Source of the DNA: Patellaria atrata CBS 101060
Lineage: Eukaryota
Length of the DNA stretch: 64,000 bases
Reading direction: 5' to 3'
Assembly (NCBI GenBank): GCA_010093705.1
Contig: MU006106.1
Location: forward strand, 275,086-339,085
Shown here: positions 61,145-64,000 of the stretch, one piece after another
How the letters are laid out: every line of letters begins with the position of its first letter
How positions within the stretch are numbered: position 1 is the stretch's first letter
Program-made: the position numbers and the translations under genes
Notes under the pieces: generated by a model
Told to the model about the DNA's origin: nothing
The model's database searches: none
What the model saw: only the letters and a program-made list of their open reading frames with translations

Positions 61145-61428
61145 CGCGTTGAGGGTGAAGGTAGCCCGACTTGATTAATGGACGCGTGGATCCATTGCGA
61201 TTGTGTTGCAGAATCACGGAAGATGAGTTCGATACTTAGTCATGTAGAAAGTTAGAGATTAGATGGCAAACGAGTCGTGAACGTCATGTCTCCGAAATAC
61301 CTTGATGTTCACATTAGCCGCGACAGACGCGCCACACAGGCGACAAGCGAGCTGAAGAGACGACAACCACGCAAGGGGGTTACATTGAAAGGCAGCAAAA
61401 AAGACAGAGAACTGCAATTCTAGAGAAA

Positions 61429-64000
61429 ATGTACGAAGATGCTTGGTACAATGCGCTTATCCCAAAATCTCAGTCCCAGCCTGAAAAGCCCAAACATCGG
61501 AGGCGAGAGTCGTTGCTTAAACAGCCCAGCGTAAGCCAAATTGCCCGTTCATGGGTACGTTGCGAATATTGATGTCTATTGCAGGAGGGCGCCCAGACTG
61601 ACACTCGTCCTGTAGAAACTATTACCGACCTACTAGAAGATCCAAACCAAGAGAATGGACCTCCTCAGGCCACCGTAGCCCGCCGAGCGAAGTCATATAG
61701 CGATTTCTATGATGTAGTGAGGGCCCATATAAAGAAAGAGCGGGGACTTGAAAAGCAGAAGAAAAGATCAAAGGCAAATCTAAAGACCGACCTCGATTTT
61801 TCGAAGTGGTATAACAATGTCAGTGAAGAACTGGTAGATGCAAGCCATGAAGAGTACCGGTGCGTTCATCAGTAATCAAAAGGATAAGACTTTCTAGATG
61901 CTAAGATTCGCTTCAGACGATATCGTGACCAACTCCAATTGACCCAGTCGCATCTCAACACACTACTAGAAGGCACAGCATCGGCACTAGAACTTCTGTC
62001 ATCTCTTTCTAAATCCTTCAAGGCCGTTGAGGCTCAGACTTCCGCGTTCCAGACACAATGCGAAGGCCTCGTAACAGGTCAGCAGCGGACCACAAAGCTA
62101 GCGGATGATATAGCAGAGAACCTGCAATACTACACCTATTTGGAGCCCATCACAAGAAGACTGAATGCTCCTGGGGCTGGTAGCCACGTTCGCAGCAAAG
62201 ACTTTGCGGAAATGCTCTCAAATCTAGACAGCTGTCTAGATTACATGCAAGCACACGTACGTATTCTTGGTTTTTGTATGGTTAATAATATACTTATATT
62301 CTCTAGCCCAACCACAGCGAAGCATCGATCTACCAATCGCGTTATCGTTTACTATTAACCCGCGGTCTTACACTGATTAGAGTACACGCAACAAATGCGC
62401 TTAGAGAAATTGCCGCCGACGTATCTAAGCGTATTGCAGAAAGGCAACTGAATGATACAACAATGTCTGCGTTGCTTTACGCGAAGTTCAGGGTTGGTGC
62501 AGCCGACCTCAAGCAGCTTGGTCTTGAGATACAGAAGCGAGCCGTCCCACCAATAGGAGCAGAACCTGGGGCGGAGGCTGAATATCAGAGTCTCATGAAT
62601 GAATTGCACCAAAGTTACTCGGCTACCAGAGGCAGACTGATCTTACCGATTGTAACGAAGAAAATGTCTGAAATCGCAATGGCACCTTCAATCTCGAAAG
62701 ACTTAGTTGCGTTTGCTCGAAGTAGTATAAGCTACATCCGTGGAATATGTTACGATGAGTATGACCTTTGGGGTGAATGGTTCTACGGTGATAAAGGTCT
62801 CTACGACTATCTCGAGTCGATTATGGAGCCGATGTATGATCATCTACGCCCGCGTACAATCCATGAGACTCAATTACTCAAGCTCTGTGAGCTCTCTACT
62901 TTGATTCAGACCCGCTATTTGGAGGAAGAAGATGAGGATAATGACATACCTGATCCCACACGGTTAGATTTCTCAGCGCTTATCCAGCCAGCATTGCAAG
63001 ATGCGCAAACGCGGCTCGTCTTCCTTGCTCTCGCCGTATTACGAGATGATATCGAACGCTACAAGCCAAAACCAGAAGATTTAGACTATCCCGCTCGAAA
63101 CCGTCGAGTATCCCTTCCTGAAGCTAAGAGTTCACAGCCTGTATTGTCAGGCCGTAAATTATCTAGCAATACAATGACACCTCTCCCTAGGACTCCAATG
63201 ATCGTTGACGAGGAAGAGTCATCAGAATTTCAGTGGAATTTGAGCACTGCAGCTGCTCTTGAAGGGTGGTATCCAACTCTTCGAAAAGCAATATGGCTGC
63301 TGAGCAAGATATACCGTCTTGTAAATGTAAGTAACTAATCACTTAGCACTTTGATTTTGACTAAATCTCACCAATATAGTCCACCGTTTTCGATGACCTT
63401 GCTCATCAGATTGTACACCAAACTACTCTTTCCCTTCACTATGCCTCCGCTCAGATCTCGACCAGAGCATCGCCGACGGACGGCCAGCTGTTTCTCCTAA
63501 AGCATCTTCTTATTCTCAAACAGCAGATAGTCGCCTTCGACATCGAATTTGTAACACCAGAAGTATCTTTCGACTTCTCTAGTGTAAGCAATACATTCTG
63601 GGAGCTCCGCGAACGTGGCGGCCTATTCAACCCTGGAAACTTAGTACGACTTGTGGGTGGAGGACTCATCCCACGCGTTGTAGAAAACATGCTCGATGCG
63701 AAAGTTGAACTTGACGGGAGACTCCGTACCGTTATTAGCGATTTCACGAATGGTTTCGCTACAAGAATGACCAATTCAATTTCCGCAACTGCTACCAGCA
63801 AGAAGGGATTCGATGCTAACCAAGCAACTAGGATGGTCCGCGATTCTGTTGAGAAAGAAACGCCTTTCTTGCGCCGCAAGTTGGATGAGTATCTCGATGA
63901 TGTTCGTACAAAAGAAACTCTTGTTGGTGCCGTTCAGGACCACGTGGCTCAGCTCTACGAGAACTTCTATGATCGTCATGTCGCACAAGTCCGTGCTAAT
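61429..64000 (+). CDS. COG3: Conserved oligomeric Golgi complex subunit 3 (Cog3/Sec34), multi-exon; 3' end runs beyond the window
   Basis: MYEDAWYN..., RRAKSYSDFY, LQYYTYLEPITRRLNAPG, ALLYAKFR, LQDAQTRLVF, WYPTLRKAIWLLSKIYRLVN|STVFDDLAHQIV, DGQLFLLKHLLILKQQI. Confidence 0.93.

Noticed and set aside
1..64000. tRNA, rRNA, snoRNA or TPP riboswitch
   Set aside because: No cloverleaf/TTCGA arm context, rRNA-like segment or riboswitch consensus recognised by eye. An Infernal/tRNAscan-SE run would be needed to exclude small ncRNAs.

Overview
Filamentous ascomycete (Pezizomycotina) nuclear DNA. The genes have short GT-AG introns with CTRAY-type branch points, so most short ORFs in the supplied track are exon fragments or antisense noise. 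About 19 intact or window-truncated protein genes can be supported. Three blocks are mostly conserved core genes: APC1, VPS71/SWC6, pyroglutamyl peptidase, a YIM1-like reductase and DHR2 at 1-9 kb; HRD1 at 22-25 kb; and SGS1, a PLP decarboxylase, an MscS channel, SHM2, GRC3, RPA34, a proline iminopeptidase, KEL3, FMP25 and COG3 at 35-64 kb. Two accessory intervals lie between them. The 9-22 kb interval holds one apparently intact DUF6594-like gene, a probable solo LTR, degenerate coding relics and a ~3.9 kb multi-exon pseudogene of a large uncharacterised membrane-associated protein. The 25-35 kb interval holds a secreted protein, an SHDQGW-motif protein, a Zn alcohol dehydrogenase and a HET-domain gene. 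There is a 100-N scaffold gap at 21992-22091. I see no tRNA, rRNA or CRISPR array and no convincing intact multi-gene novel system. The best leads are the large pseudogene family, TGACTC motifs in all three SHM2 introns, an intron built from a minisatellite, and the candidate solo LTR. All family assignments come from motif recognition, not database searches.
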